A stretch of DNA of 64,000 nt. Origin: Macrostomum lignano. Its lineage: Eukaryota. Within the stretch, counting starts at the first letter, position 1, and every line of letters starts with the position of its first letter. Where the stretch lies: positions 372,001-436,000 of the forward strand of contig NIVC01000004.1 of assembly GCA_002269645.1 (NCBI GenBank), written 5' to 3'. This document shows, one piece after another, positions 9,655 through 19,571 of this stretch. A program made the translations under genes and the position numbers. The notes under the pieces were generated by a model that was given only the letters and a program-made list of their open reading frames with translations, was not told the origin of the DNA and did not search any database.

Positions 9655-10044
9655 ATGCACGCAATGCTTACCACCTTAATAATGACAAACGGAATTTCTC
9701 GTCTTTGTTCTTGCCGTCGCGAGCTAGAGGAGCTCGGTGACGCGCGACCACATCGAAGGAGGGCCATTATTAGGGGAGCCGATAATGAGTTGATGCAGTG
9801 TCTGTGCGAGTTAAGTCACAATGTACTCAAGGGCAATATCGATCTATCCCCTAGACAGTTTGCAAGGTTGAAACGTTATAGAGAAGCCCTGCATGACATG
9901 GCCGACAAAAAACTGTCTATAAATAGGAAGAAGAATATGATACTATCGGACCCTCAAGTTGGAGGATTCCTACCAATTCTCGCCAAGATTGCTGCTCCGT
10001 TAATCACTGGACTGTTTGGTGGTCTGCTAGGACAACGACGTTGA
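9655..10044 (+). CDS. Conserved Polinton small core-like protein with adenovirus pX-like C-terminus
   Basis: Pattern LCELSHNVLKGNIDL...QVGGFLPILAKIAAPL is typical of a Maverick small protein. GGFLP is a putative adenain cleavage site. Confidence 0.75.
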   Translation: MHAMLTTLIMTNGISRLCSCRRELEELGDARPHRRRAIIRGADNELMQCLCELSHNVLKGNIDLSPRQFARLKRYREALHDMADKKLSINRKKNMILSDPQVGGFLPILAKIAAPLITGLFGGLLGQRR

Positions 10045-10046
10045 AA

Positions 10047-10672
10047 ATGGACAAGTACGTTGTGGTCCCCGAGGAGGAATTCAATCAGCTTAGACAGGGT
10101 ACTCCGCGAGAAATTGCCCCAAAATCGGAGTACGAAAAACTTGTAGAGTACAATGCAAAGCTACAGACCCAATTGGCTAAAGTAAAACCCCAAAAGACGA
10201 CAAAGCAGCTATTTTCTGATAGGCAACAACGTATATGGAATATACTAACAGAAAAGCACCCCAGCCTAAATTACAACCAATCGTGGGAAGTCGTTTTTGA
10301 TGGTGAAACTTGGGGTGGTAGCAACGTTTTTGATCTTCTACAAGCCGTCACCACCAACACTAATAATCACCCGAAATATTCGACCGCTTTCTGGGCTCTA
10401 CTAGACAAGGCCCGTATACCAATGTCTATGCTCGGCGGAAACAGCTCCCTGTGGAGGAAAAGAAGGTTGACCATTTGGTTGGTACCGACGATTACCGCGA
10501 TGAATATGAGCACACAATTGCGACAGACACCCGCGATTTAACGACCACGCGCAACAAAGGTGTAAATGCTATGCCCAAACTTGTGGATCAAGGTACCGGG
10601 GTGGGTAAATATCACGATTACCAACTAAGACCACCCGAGAAAAAGAAAAAATACGTGACTCTTTATAAATAG
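10047..10672 (+). CDS. Conserved Polinton hypothetical protein upstream of integrase; probably split by a frameshift (ORFs 10041-10541 and 10451-10672)
   Basis: WEVVFDGETWGGSNVFDLL...IPMSMLG resembles the motif of a common Maverick ORF. The overlapping second ORF supplies a plausible C-terminus. Confidence 0.6.
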
Positions 10673-10803
10673 AACCCTATTCCATACATAACCGCGCCTG
10701 GCGGTCATGGGCGCAGCAGCCGCCGCGTCAAAGCTTTGTGTAGACAACTCCCCAGCCGACATTACGTGCAACTATTCATGCTGCGCATCCACACTTGTTG
10801 TCA

Positions 10804-11882
10804 ATGAGGGCTCTAACCGCTCTTCGTCGAGTTTACGAACAAGGAGCCGCCGCTTTTTCAAATGCTGCCCGTGTCTATCAGGAGGCCAAACGTCTGGCGC
10901 CAAACCTGACAAGACGCCAAACCAGGGAATGGCTAGAAACCCAACCGAGTTACACCCGTCACCGGAGAGTCAACAGGACATTTAAAACGGGAAAAGTAAT
11001 GTCGGGAGGATTCATGGAAACTCTACAAGCCGATTTGATGGACATGTCGCGATACAAACGTTGGAATGACGGACATAAATATATACTAGTTGTTATTGAT
11101 GTGCTTAGTAAGCAGGCTTTTTGTAGGGCAATTAAACTAAAGAGTGATACCCCGCAGCGTTTGAGTCAATGTTGGCGAATGATTTCCCTGCCCGCCCCCT
11201 TTACCTTCACGTGGATCGGGGTACCGAGTTTTATAATCAGCGAATGCGCCGCATACTAAAAGACAATAATGTTAAAATGTACAGCACCAACTCTGTGTAC
11301 AAGGCAAACATGGCCGAGAGGCTGATTAGAACTCTTCGAAAGCGTCTGGCTCGCTACTTTGAGCACAACAACACGTGGCGTTGGGTTGACTACTTACCTA
11401 ATTTGGTAGGCAATTACAACAACACGACGCATTCTACTATTGAGATGAAACCGTCAAGTGTAGGGTTCCACAATCAGAAGCGTGTGTGGGAAAAGCTCTA
11501 CCCGGATCAGCAAAAAGACGACCCTGTATATAAAAAGGGGGATTTTGTGAGAATTTCGAAATCTCGCAGGGCATTCGACAAGGAGGCGTACGACATGTAT
11601 AGTGAGGAGGTGTACATTATATCCAAAGTTTGCCCTGGACCCCCACATTTTTATCGTATTTCTGATTTGTCTGGTGAAGTGATTGAGGGACGGTTTTACT
11701 ACAATGAACTGTCCAAATCTGCCCGACCCGATCGTTTTGTAATCAATAAAGTTTTGCGTAGAAACGTGTTAATAAATGGTGTTGCGCACCATTACGTTAG
11801 CTGGCGCGGTTATCCCGACACTTTTAATTCATTTGTACCTGTAAATGAAGTTATAAATATACGGCAACGTAATAATAACTAA
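10804..11882 (+). pseudogene. Retroviral-type (rve) DDE integrase with C-terminal chromodomain, frameshifted near 11140-11165
   Basis: LQADLMDM and YILVVIDVLSK lie in one frame. HVDRGTEF, NMAERLIRTL and the chromodomain (HYVSWRGYPDTFNSFV) lie in another. Confidence 0.92.
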
Positions 11883-11885
11883 TGC

Positions 11886-13025
11886 ATGGCTACCATGCAT
11901 CTCTTTCTGCCTAGTAATGCGTGCCCCGAGCACTATCCCGAAAATAATCCGGCTCATTATTTTATTAATTTACCGGACACTCTCCACTTTCCGAATCATG
12001 AGGTTTGCCTCGAACGGATCTACTTTACCAAAGAATTTGAATCTTTCAAAAAATCTATACCGATCACCATTCGCGAACAGGAGGGCCTCTTGACGGCTTC
12101 GTCGTTTGCAAGCCTTTGTCTCGCAGCGGGTCTGAAAACCCCTGAAGAATGTATTTCCGGCTTTCTAAACGGTATCCGATACGTTGAAGGGGATAATAAG
12201 AAAATTGTCTTTTTAAGAACATCCCCAACCGCCTTTATGATTGTGAATACTTCAAAATCCACCGTCGGCATCAAATTCCCGGATGGCCTACCCAAGGTGT
12301 TTAAACTAGTCGCCGGCTTCGAGTCTAATGAGGATCTACCTACTGAACTCGTATTACAAGCGGGGTGTGCAGCCTCCATCACCGCAGTTGTTGAGGAACC
12401 GACTGTACAGTCAATGGACCACGCTCCAATAATAAGACAAGTTACTAGCGCAGCGTCTGATCAAATCTTTCTTATGCAGGACGGATACTATAGTACACCT
12501 AAAAGAATGGTGGAGGAACTCAACGATTTAATTTGGAAACGGATCAAAGATCTCATAGCGGCTCCAGCACCTAGAACGGACTTTTTCGGATACAGCGAAG
12601 TTACGAATAGGTGTTATTACATCGGCTCGGTGGATTACATGTTTGGGCTGGGGCGCTTGACCAGCGTGCTTGGTTTCCCAGAGCATGATTATACAACCCC
12701 ATTTTTCGGTATATCGGAATTCTACGCAAACGCATCAATGGAATTAACCGGTGGAATACAAACAATGTACATCTATTCGAGCATAGTCGATTCTGTTATT
12801 GTAGGAGACGTTAAAGTTCCTCTGTTGGGAGCTATACCGATGGATCCTAAAGTTCAGGGCGGTCGCGAGTACTACGAGTTTGTCAATCCAGCATATCTAC
12901 CGTTGGTTAAGCACCCATTCAAAACTATTGAAGTACAAATTAACGATGATATGGGCAGGGATATGACAAAAGTAATGAGGGGCAAGACCGTCTTGAGCGT
13001 TAACATCCGCGAAAAGAAGCTATAA
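11886..13025 (+). CDS. Minor capsid protein (penton, single jelly roll)
   Basis: N-terminal LFLPSNAC..YPENNP.HY.INLP and C-terminal MYIYSSIVDSVIVGDVKVPLL...PAYLPL...IEVQIND motifs typical of Polinton pentons. Confidence 0.88.
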   Translation: MATMHLFLPSNACPEHYPENNPAHYFINLPDTLHFPNHEVCLERIYFTKEFESFKKSIPITIREQEGLLTASSFASLCLAAGLKTPEECISGFLNGIRYVEGDNKKIVFLRTSPTAFMIVNTSKSTVGIKFPDGLPKVFKLVAGFESNEDLPTELVLQAGCAASITAVVEEPTVQSMDHAPIIRQVTSAASDQIFLMQDGYYSTPKRMVEELNDLIWKRIKDLIAAPAPRTDFFGYSEVTNRCYYIGSVDYMFGLGRLTSVLGFPEHDYTTPFFGISEFYANASMELTGGIQTMYIYSSIVDSVIVGDVKVPLLGAIPMDPKVQGGREYYEFVNPAYLPLVKHPFKTIEVQINDDMGRDMTKVMRGKTVLSVNIREKKL

Positions 13026-13068
13026 ATAAACAGCACAGCCTCAGTAAACTATATCGTAGTGCTTAATC

Positions 13069-13413
13069 ATGCCTTCTATTCTGATTGGTGGAGCTTTGCC
13101 TGTTTTCGCAGGCGCCCAGAGGGGCAACGGTTTGTTTGGAAGCATTGCCCGCTTCGCGCTGCCAATTCTAAAGAGTTTTGGTAAAAACGTTCTCCGTCAT
13201 GGTACTAGAGCCCTAGCAACTACGGTTAACGATAGCCTCGAGCAAGGAGGCAATTTGAAAGAGTCTGTCCTGCGCAATTCTGTTCAGGCTGCCAAGGACG
13301 CCTTTAAAGACACGGTTACCCAAAGGGGTAGCGGACGAAGAAGAAAAAAGGCTCCGAAGCGTCTCAATTCAGACATTTTCAGCACTATAAATAAAAAGCC
13401 CCGCTTCAATTAG
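13069..13413 (+). CDS. Polinton small QRGxG protein (amphipathic, adenovirus pVI-like candidate)
   Basis: QRGNGLFGSIARFALPILKSFGK amphipathic helix, second QRGSG followed by RRRKK, located between penton and MCP. Confidence 0.75.
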   Translation: MPSILIGGALPVFAGAQRGNGLFGSIARFALPILKSFGKNVLRHGTRALATTVNDSLEQGGNLKESVLRNSVQAAKDAFKDTVTQRGSGRRRKKAPKRLNSDIFSTINKKPRFN

Positions 13414-13442
13414 ATTCGCCGAATCGATTCTGTCTACTAAAC

Positions 13443-14726
13443 ATGTCCGAGTGTCTGTGTACAAAGTCCGAGTTTGAGCTCTTTGCCCCTCGTGCTCACC
13501 AGATTGCAGCCGTAGGTTCAACTACTGAAGAAATCCACCCGGTTGCCAGCGTTGAAAATGCAAGTGTGGTCGAGTTTAGAATTGTGGGCGGCGAGACGTT
13601 TGTCGATCTTAATGACATTGATCTCGAGATTAAAGGTTGTATTAAGAGAGCTAATGGAGCCGATTTGGCGGCGGATTCAAACGTGGCGCCAATCAATTAC
13701 CTCTTGGAGACCATGTTCAAAAACGTGTCTCTTTCCATAAATGGTACACATATCGAGTCTAGCAACAACAACCACGCCTACAAGGCGTACATTCGTACAT
13801 GCTTGAGTTATGGGTCTGATTCAAAGTCTAACCAACTGCGGATGATGGGCTACGCTAAAGACGCTGGGGGTCAAATGGCTGCGGTTGGAAATCCTGGCTT
13901 TGTAACTCGCAAGGCGATGGCTGCCGGTTCTCGAACATTTCACCTGTATGGCCCTCTTAGTCTCGACTTTTTTGTCACCAACGATCGTATGTTGCTACCC
14001 TACACTGATATGGTGGTTACGCTCACTCTGCAAAATTCGGGATTCGTTGTGGAGAATCACGACGAAGGGGTTGATGCAAAGTTGGTTCTTCAAAGTGCAA
14101 AATTACACGTTCGTCGGGTAAAGGCTAACCCCCAACTGGCCTTGGAGATTGAAGAACAGCTGTCAACTCAGAATGCAGTCTACCCCATCGAGCGCCTCGT
14201 TGTACACAACACCTCTGTCGCTGTAGGAGTTCGCGACGTGTCAATCAATAATATTTTCCCGGAGCAGAAGCCTAAACTTGTCATTATGGGGATGGTAAAT
14301 AGTGCCGCATATAACGGGGTGGCCACCCATAATCCGTTCAATTTCGAGCCATTTGGGGCGGACAGTGTGGCCCTGTACAAGGACGGTGTCAGTCTGTGCG
14401 GTCAACCATTCACTCCAAGGTTCGCTGCCCAAAACTATGCTCGCGAATACGCCATGCTGTTTAAGAGCCTAGGGAAAATGAATCGCGATTTGGACATTGA
14501 CCTGTCATATTCGGATTATCGCGCCGGTTACTGCTTATTTGCGTGGAATCTAATGCCCGACATGGAACTGGGTGGACATAGCATGCCTCGCGAGAGAGGG
14601 AATCTTACCCTACAGATAAAGTTTTCTGCAGCCCTACCTGCCGGGATTAACGTTTTGGTGTTTGGTTACTTTGACAACGCGGTGCAAATCACTAGAGGCC
14701 GCCAGCCCATTCTGGACTACGTATGA
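13443..14726 (+). CDS. Major capsid protein (double jelly roll, 427 aa)
   Basis: CTKSEFELF, VVEFRI...FVDLNDIDLEIK, HAYKAY, and NPFNFEPF...GYCLFAWNL motifs of the Polinton MCP. Intact ORF. Confidence 0.93.
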   Translation: MSECLCTKSEFELFAPRAHQIAAVGSTTEEIHPVASVENASVVEFRIVGGETFVDLNDIDLEIKGCIKRANGADLAADSNVAPINYLLETMFKNVSLSINGTHIESSNNNHAYKAYIRTCLSYGSDSKSNQLRMMGYAKDAGGQMAAVGNPGFVTRKAMAAGSRTFHLYGPLSLDFFVTNDRMLLPYTDMVVTLTLQNSGFVVENHDEGVDAKLVLQSAKLHVRRVKANPQLALEIEEQLSTQNAVYPIERLVVHNTSVAVGVRDVSINNIFPEQKPKLVIMGMVNSAAYNGVATHNPFNFEPFGADSVALYKDGVSLCGQPFTPRFAAQNYAREYAMLFKSLGKMNRDLDIDLSYSDYRAGYCLFAWNLMPDMELGGHSMPRERGNLTLQIKFSAALPAGINVLVFGYFDNAVQITRGRQPILDYV

Positions 14727-15160
14727 ACACGTTGGAAATTTTGGAACGTTTAAAACTACCTGTGGAAGTGCGCGTTTGCCCTCTTGACAGAATTCCTGCA
14801 CCTGTTTACCCTGCGGCATATGTAATTAATTTTGACACGGGCAATCTACCAGGCACCCACTGGGGACTGATTTGCCTACACGATGATAAGAGTGTGACAT
14901 TTTTTAACCCCCTGTGTATTGAACCCGTGCCGGAATTGCTCTCGGCTTGGTTCTCGAAGCATGTACATTCACCTGTTGCTATGAATCGCCACCCTGTTCA
15001 ACACCCTCTAAGTGTAGCGTGTGGGCCGCATGTGATTTTTGTGGCCGAAAAGCACTTTTTAGAGGGGTTGTCGATTGAAAAGATTTTAAGGGAATGTTAC
15101 TCCACCAATCTGCTTGAAAATGATTTGATGGTTCGAAAACATGTTCTACAAATAAAATAG
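14723..15160 (+). CDS. Adenain-like (C5/Ulp1-fold) cysteine maturation protease
   Basis: AYVINFD...PGTHW, FFNP, and Q...S..CG motifs. ATGA overlap with the MCP stop. Confidence 0.9.
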   Translation: MNTLEILERLKLPVEVRVCPLDRIPAPVYPAAYVINFDTGNLPGTHWGLICLHDDKSVTFFNPLCIEPVPELLSAWFSKHVHSPVAMNRHPVQHPLSVACGPHVIFVAEKHFLEGLSIEKILRECYSTNLLENDLMVRKHVLQIK

Positions 15161-15195
15161 TTTTTAATATTTGGAGTGTCAACTCGCCCTGAAAA

Positions 15196-15824
15196 TGTAC
15201 CAAACAATTGATCCTGACGCTCTAAAGTTTGCTCCAAATACTTCGGCGATTTTTGCTGGTGTTAACCAGAGCGGAAAAACAACTCTTGTTAAAGAATTGC
15301 TGCGAAACGAGTTTTTTCAGGACCCTAAGCCTGTTCGCGTTGATTGGTTTGGGCACTATCCAGACCCGGAACTGTTTGAATTACCGTACCCTGTCAATTT
15401 TCGCTCGTCTACATTTAACCCTGAAACCTATGTTCCCGCTCCGAATATTCTACTCGTTGTCGATGATCAAATGCAAGCCATGGAAAAAAACGCTGCTTTT
15501 ACCGCATTTTTCACTCGCAAAGTCAGCCATGTGGGATTCCGGCTTTGGTACCTTGTACAAAACCTGTTTGCCAAGGGCAAGGAGCACCGCACCCAATCCC
15601 TTAACGCAAACTACCTTGTATTGTTCCGCAATGTACGGGACGTTAGTACAGTCGCCCATATTGCAAAGCAGCTTGTCCCCGCTAACCCAAAAAGTTTTGT
15701 TCAAATGTACGAAGACGCCACTAGGGAGCCCTACTCCTACTTGATTGTTAATTGCTTGCAGAACGCATCTGTTCGCTACTATGCTAATGTGTTGGGGCGC
15801 TACCCCGTAGTTTATGCTAAATAA
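15196..15824 (+). CDS. FtsK/HerA-superfamily (A32-like) genome packaging ATPase
   Basis: Walker A GVNQSGKT, Walker B LLVVDD, followed by YLVQNLF and NANYLVLFRN. Confidence 0.93.
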
Positions 15825-15960
15825 AACACTGTTGGAGAGCTTTGCTCTGTTTGCCGGATGGCCTGAACCTGAAACAACTAAATTACGTGTTTTTTCTTTT
15901 CAAGTCTTCTACTGCCCTGGGGGAGCTCTCTCCGTGTGATTCACTGCCTCTCTGTCCCGC

Positions 15961-16074
15961 GCCTGGGGAAGCTCTCTCCGCGGGGGGTGTGATTCATACT
16001 ACCTCTCTGTCCACGCCGCGTGCTGCGACATGCCGGGGCGACGCAGGGTGCCTCCACGCACTCTCTGTCCCAGC
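15961..16074 (-). repeat. Inner part of the right TIR, interrupted by the P element
   Basis: Reverse complement of about 6524-6637. Confidence 0.9.
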
Positions 16075-19000
16075 CACAGACCAAGAAATATAACTAGACT
16101 GCGCATCCCGCATTTCTTGCTTGGGCTTGTTTTTGACCAAATGACAGTGGAAAAAATGGTCCCTCTCTCCCTACTCGAAAACGATCGATAATTGTGCTTG
16201 GGCAAGAAGTTAGGGTACAGGCCTGCTTTTCTTTCCGCCTGCGTTGATATGTAGCTATATATTAAAGTGGTCTGGGGCCAAAAATATAAACTTATAAAAC
16301 ACATACTTGAAATACAAAGCAAGCTGCTTCAGTCTAATCTAAATCAATCCTCACCAAATCGAACTGCCATGGAAGAATCTAATTCTTCAAAACTGCCTAG
16401 CAGAAAAAGTCACGGCAGCTTTTGCTGCGCTCTAGGCTGCTCGAACAACTCGTCAATGTCTCCGGCAGTGTCCTTCCATTTTTTTCCAAAAGACACTGAA
16501 ATGAAGAGAAAGTGGCTGGTTGCGCTCCGACGCAAGGAGTTCAAACCATCGGCGACCACCCAAGTCTGCTCGGTCCACTTTGCAGAGTCTTGCTTCAAGG
16601 AACAACTAGCCGGCTTTCTGCCCACCACAAGAAGGCGGCTGTATCCAAATGCTGTTCCTTCTATCTTCCCGACGCTCCCTGACCGCCTGCAGCCTGTTGA
16701 AAAGAAGCGAAAAACAGCCACCGCCGCCGCCGCCGCTGCTCAGGAAGTTGACTTTGCTGCATTTTTTAAAGCGCCGGAATGTAGCAAGACGAAGGCTCAG
16801 CCAACTGACACGGAGGCAGATGAACCAGAACAACCCCTACAAGAACTGCATGCCAACTGTGTGGCCAGAGAACTATTCGAAGAAAAGGTGAGAGTCCTAA
16901 AAAACCTGAGGCGCAGATACAAAAGGCTTTTGGCTGCTCATAAGAGATCTAAGAAAAGTGCTAAGGCCATTGAATTCCTGCGTCGGACGGTACAGAGCAA
17001 GTACAGAAAAATTCGATCTCTGCGCTCAAAGCACAGGCAAATTAAACATAGAGCCAAAACATTGAAGGACGCAATTCTGGATCTAAAGGCCAAGTGCATG
17101 TTAAACGAAGCAGCGGCATCTCGATTGAATTTCTTGACCTCCGATTCACTGCTGAGCAGCATCGTGCCTTGCAATAGAAAAAGGACAAAGAGGTTCTCTG
17201 ACGAAGTGCGCAAATTCGCCTCTACATTGCATTTCTATAGTCCGAAGGCTTATGAGTATGTACGAAAGTACTTTCAGCTTCCACATCCTGCGTCACTTAG
17301 AAAATGGCTCTCAAATGCAAAGTGCTTTCCAGGGTTTTGCGATCAGGCTTTCCAGGAACTTTCGCGGCGACGCAGCTCCACTGACGGCCAAGCCTTTGAC
17401 TACTGCAACGTTGTTGCTGATGAAATGTCGCTAGAGTCGATGATTGAATGGAATTCAAGCGAAGGTATGTTTTTTGGCTACGTTGACAAAGGTGATGGCA
17501 AACCAAGTGATCAGGAGGCGTCTTCGGCACTGGTAGTGATGGCAGTGGGGCTTAAGAGCTATTGGAAGCTGCCTTTAGGGTATTTTCTAGTGAATGGAGT
17601 TGACGGCAAATTTCTTTCGAGCGTTGTAGAGGAATCCATTCAGCGACTGTACCAGGTTGGCGTCATAGCAACATCATTCACATGCGATGGAACTCAGCAC
17701 AACATTCGAGCGATCGAACTCCTTGGCTCCAGGATAAGTTCTCCGAACGAGGTCGTCGCCTGCTTCCCGCACCCCTGCGATCCTAGCATTCAGGTTGCAG
17801 CCTTCCTGGATGTGCCTCACATGTTAAAGCTGATTCGCAATCAGTGGCAGTCACTGGGAAGATTTGTTTGGCCGAACAGAGGAAATATTGAATGGAAATA
17901 TGTTTCCATGTTGCAGCAAGTACAAGAAAGTCATGGACTCCGACTTGGAAACAAGTTAAGCAGGCATCACATCAACTTTGCTAATTTAAAGATGAAGGTC
18001 TATTTGGCATCACAACTGTTTAGCAAGTCAGTGGCCGACTCTTTGCGATGGGTGCATCAGCAAGGTGTGATCGGATTTGAGCACTCTGATGTGCTAGTCA
18101 CCGCAGATTTCGTTGAGCACATGAATGATTTGTTCGACGCTTTCAATTCCAAGCGGCTGGTCAGTTATGGCGCCAAAATGGCGCTTAGAGCTGACAATCA
18201 GTCGGATTGGATCGATTTCTTCTCTAGCTCGATCGAACTTCTCCGTAGCCTTGAAACTCCGGCTGGCTGTAAGATAGTAGAAACCGCAAAGAAGACTGGC
18301 TTCCTAGGCTTCATCACCAACTGCCATGGCATTATGGAGCTCGCTAAGTATTTATTTTCGACTGGCGAATTCTTCTTTCTTTGCACTTACAAGCTTTCGC
18401 AGGATTTTCTCGAACTGTTTTTTAATGCAGTAAGGCTACGAAATGGCTGGAACCAAAACCCAACGCCCACGCAATTTCGCTCAGCATTCAGGCAGCTGTT
18501 GGTGCATGCCGGAGGTGGAATTCTACAGTCCGTGAGTCCGAATGTGAGGCAGCAGGATGCCACTATTCAGTTATCATTGTCTTGTCTGCCATCATCATCA
18601 GGACAGCATCCATGGAAGCAGATGAAAGCTCAAAATGAAATGGGACTGAGTCTGGGTTCAATCCAACACTGCAAGAATGCATCGGTGTGTGAAATTTGCC
18701 AGTCCATCGTGTGCTATATCGCAGGCGCGGTCGTCCGAAGAATGATGAAAGCAGTTGAATGTGCTCCGTGCAGGTCAGCTCTGATCGCAAGCTCTGAGAC
18801 GCCAGGAGCTTCACGCGGACCATGCTCACTCGTTGCCATAAAAAATGTTGTGAACAAGGAAGGAACTGGCGGCCTGATTTTTCCTAGCAGCAATGTCCTG
18901 CGGGTGCTGCTCAATGCAGAGACTGTTGTTCGGCGTGCCAGCTACAGCAGCGGATTCTCTAGTGATGTAGCTGTTCAGGAGATTCTGCGCATGTCAATCG

Positions 19001-19563
19001 ATCTGTTCCCTGAACTGGACTCTCATTCGGCATCCGCGAGTATCAGCATTGAGTCTCACAAGCTGCATTTGATTCGAGTAATGGCTATGCTTTTTATAAA
19101 TATTCGAATGAAGAAGCTGGCTAAGGATCTTTCACGCGCTGGAAGAAAACCCGGCAAGAGGCAAAGGCTGCTTCGAACAGCGATTTTTCTTAATTTGTAA
19201 TCAGCGTATTCGCATATGGAGGCTGGTAAGTTATGGCTTCAATGCATTCTGTTTAAGCTTATTCCCGTGATAAACTATATATTTGCCATTAAATGCGTGC
19301 AAAAAATTCTAGATAAATTAAAAATGAATCTGTAGTTGTTGATTTGTTAATCCTATTTCTTACTGAGTCTGAATTTTCACTAGTTACGAACATAAAGAAA
19401 AAAGAGACCCCGACAAGCTGAGTTGGCTGAGGGTAAGAAGAAAGGCCCGGGCACAATTATCGATCGTGGGGGAGTGGGCACTGGGGTGCCACTTTTCCTA
19501 CTAGGAAAAAGGCACAACTTTTTTTACCCTCATGCGCAGTCTAGTTATATTTCTTGGTCTGTG
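16075..19563 (+). mobile_element. P-superfamily (THAP9-like) DNA transposon nested in the Polinton right TIR
   Basis: 32-bp TIR CACAGACCAAGAAATATAACTAGACTGCGCAT. 8-bp TSD GTCCCAGC at 16067-16074 and 19564-19571. 17-bp subterminal inverted repeat at 16181-16197 and 19451-19467. Confidence 0.96.
16369..19200 (+). CDS. THAP-domain P-element transposase (943 aa), intronless and apparently intact
   Basis: THAP zinc finger (CCALGC...FHFFP...W...VCSVHF...AVPSIF). Catalytic-region motifs ADEM, CDG, DVPHMLK and SQDFLELFF. Confidence 0.95.
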   Translation: MEESNSSKLPSRKSHGSFCCALGCSNNSSMSPAVSFHFFPKDTEMKRKWLVALRRKEFKPSATTQVCSVHFAESCFKEQLAGFLPTTRRRLYPNAVPSIFPTLPDRLQPVEKKRKTATAAAAAAQEVDFAAFFKAPECSKTKAQPTDTEADEPEQPLQELHANCVARELFEEKVRVLKNLRRRYKRLLAAHKRSKKSAKAIEFLRRTVQSKYRKIRSLRSKHRQIKHRAKTLKDAILDLKAKCMLNEAAASRLNFLTSDSLLSSIVPCNRKRTKRFSDEVRKFASTLHFYSPKAYEYVRKYFQLPHPASLRKWLSNAKCFPGFCDQAFQELSRRRSSTDGQAFDYCNVVADEMSLESMIEWNSSEGMFFGYVDKGDGKPSDQEASSALVVMAVGLKSYWKLPLGYFLVNGVDGKFLSSVVEESIQRLYQVGVIATSFTCDGTQHNIRAIELLGSRISSPNEVVACFPHPCDPSIQVAAFLDVPHMLKLIRNQWQSLGRFVWPNRGNIEWKYVSMLQQVQESHGLRLGNKLSRHHINFANLKMKVYLASQLFSKSVADSLRWVHQQGVIGFEHSDVLVTADFVEHMNDLFDAFNSKRLVSYGAKMALRADNQSDWIDFFSSSIELLRSLETPAGCKIVETAKKTGFLGFITNCHGIMELAKYLFSTGEFFFLCTYKLSQDFLELFFNAVRLRNGWNQNPTPTQFRSAFRQLLVHAGGGILQSVSPNVRQQDATIQLSLSCLPSSSGQHPWKQMKAQNEMGLSLGSIQHCKNASVCEICQSIVCYIAGAVVRRMMKAVECAPCRSALIASSETPGASRGPCSLVAIKNVVNKEGTGGLIFPSSNVLRVLLNAETVVRRASYSSGFSSDVAVQEILRMSIDLFPELDSHSASASISIESHKLHLIRVMAMLFINIRMKKLAKDLSRAGRKPGKRQRLLRTAIFLNL

Positions 19564-19571
19564 GTCCCAGC

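Noticed and set aside
10707-10985. ORF starting MGAAAAA 43 nt after a TATAAATA motif
   Set aside because: It overlaps the integrase in another frame and has no recognisable features. It could be a uORF but is unsupported.
6640-15960. Hidden or decayed protein-primed DNA polymerase or helicase
   Set aside because: No Exo or YxDTDS-type motifs, and no Walker motifs other than the packaging ATPase, were seen in any listed frame, and no unassigned gap is large enough.
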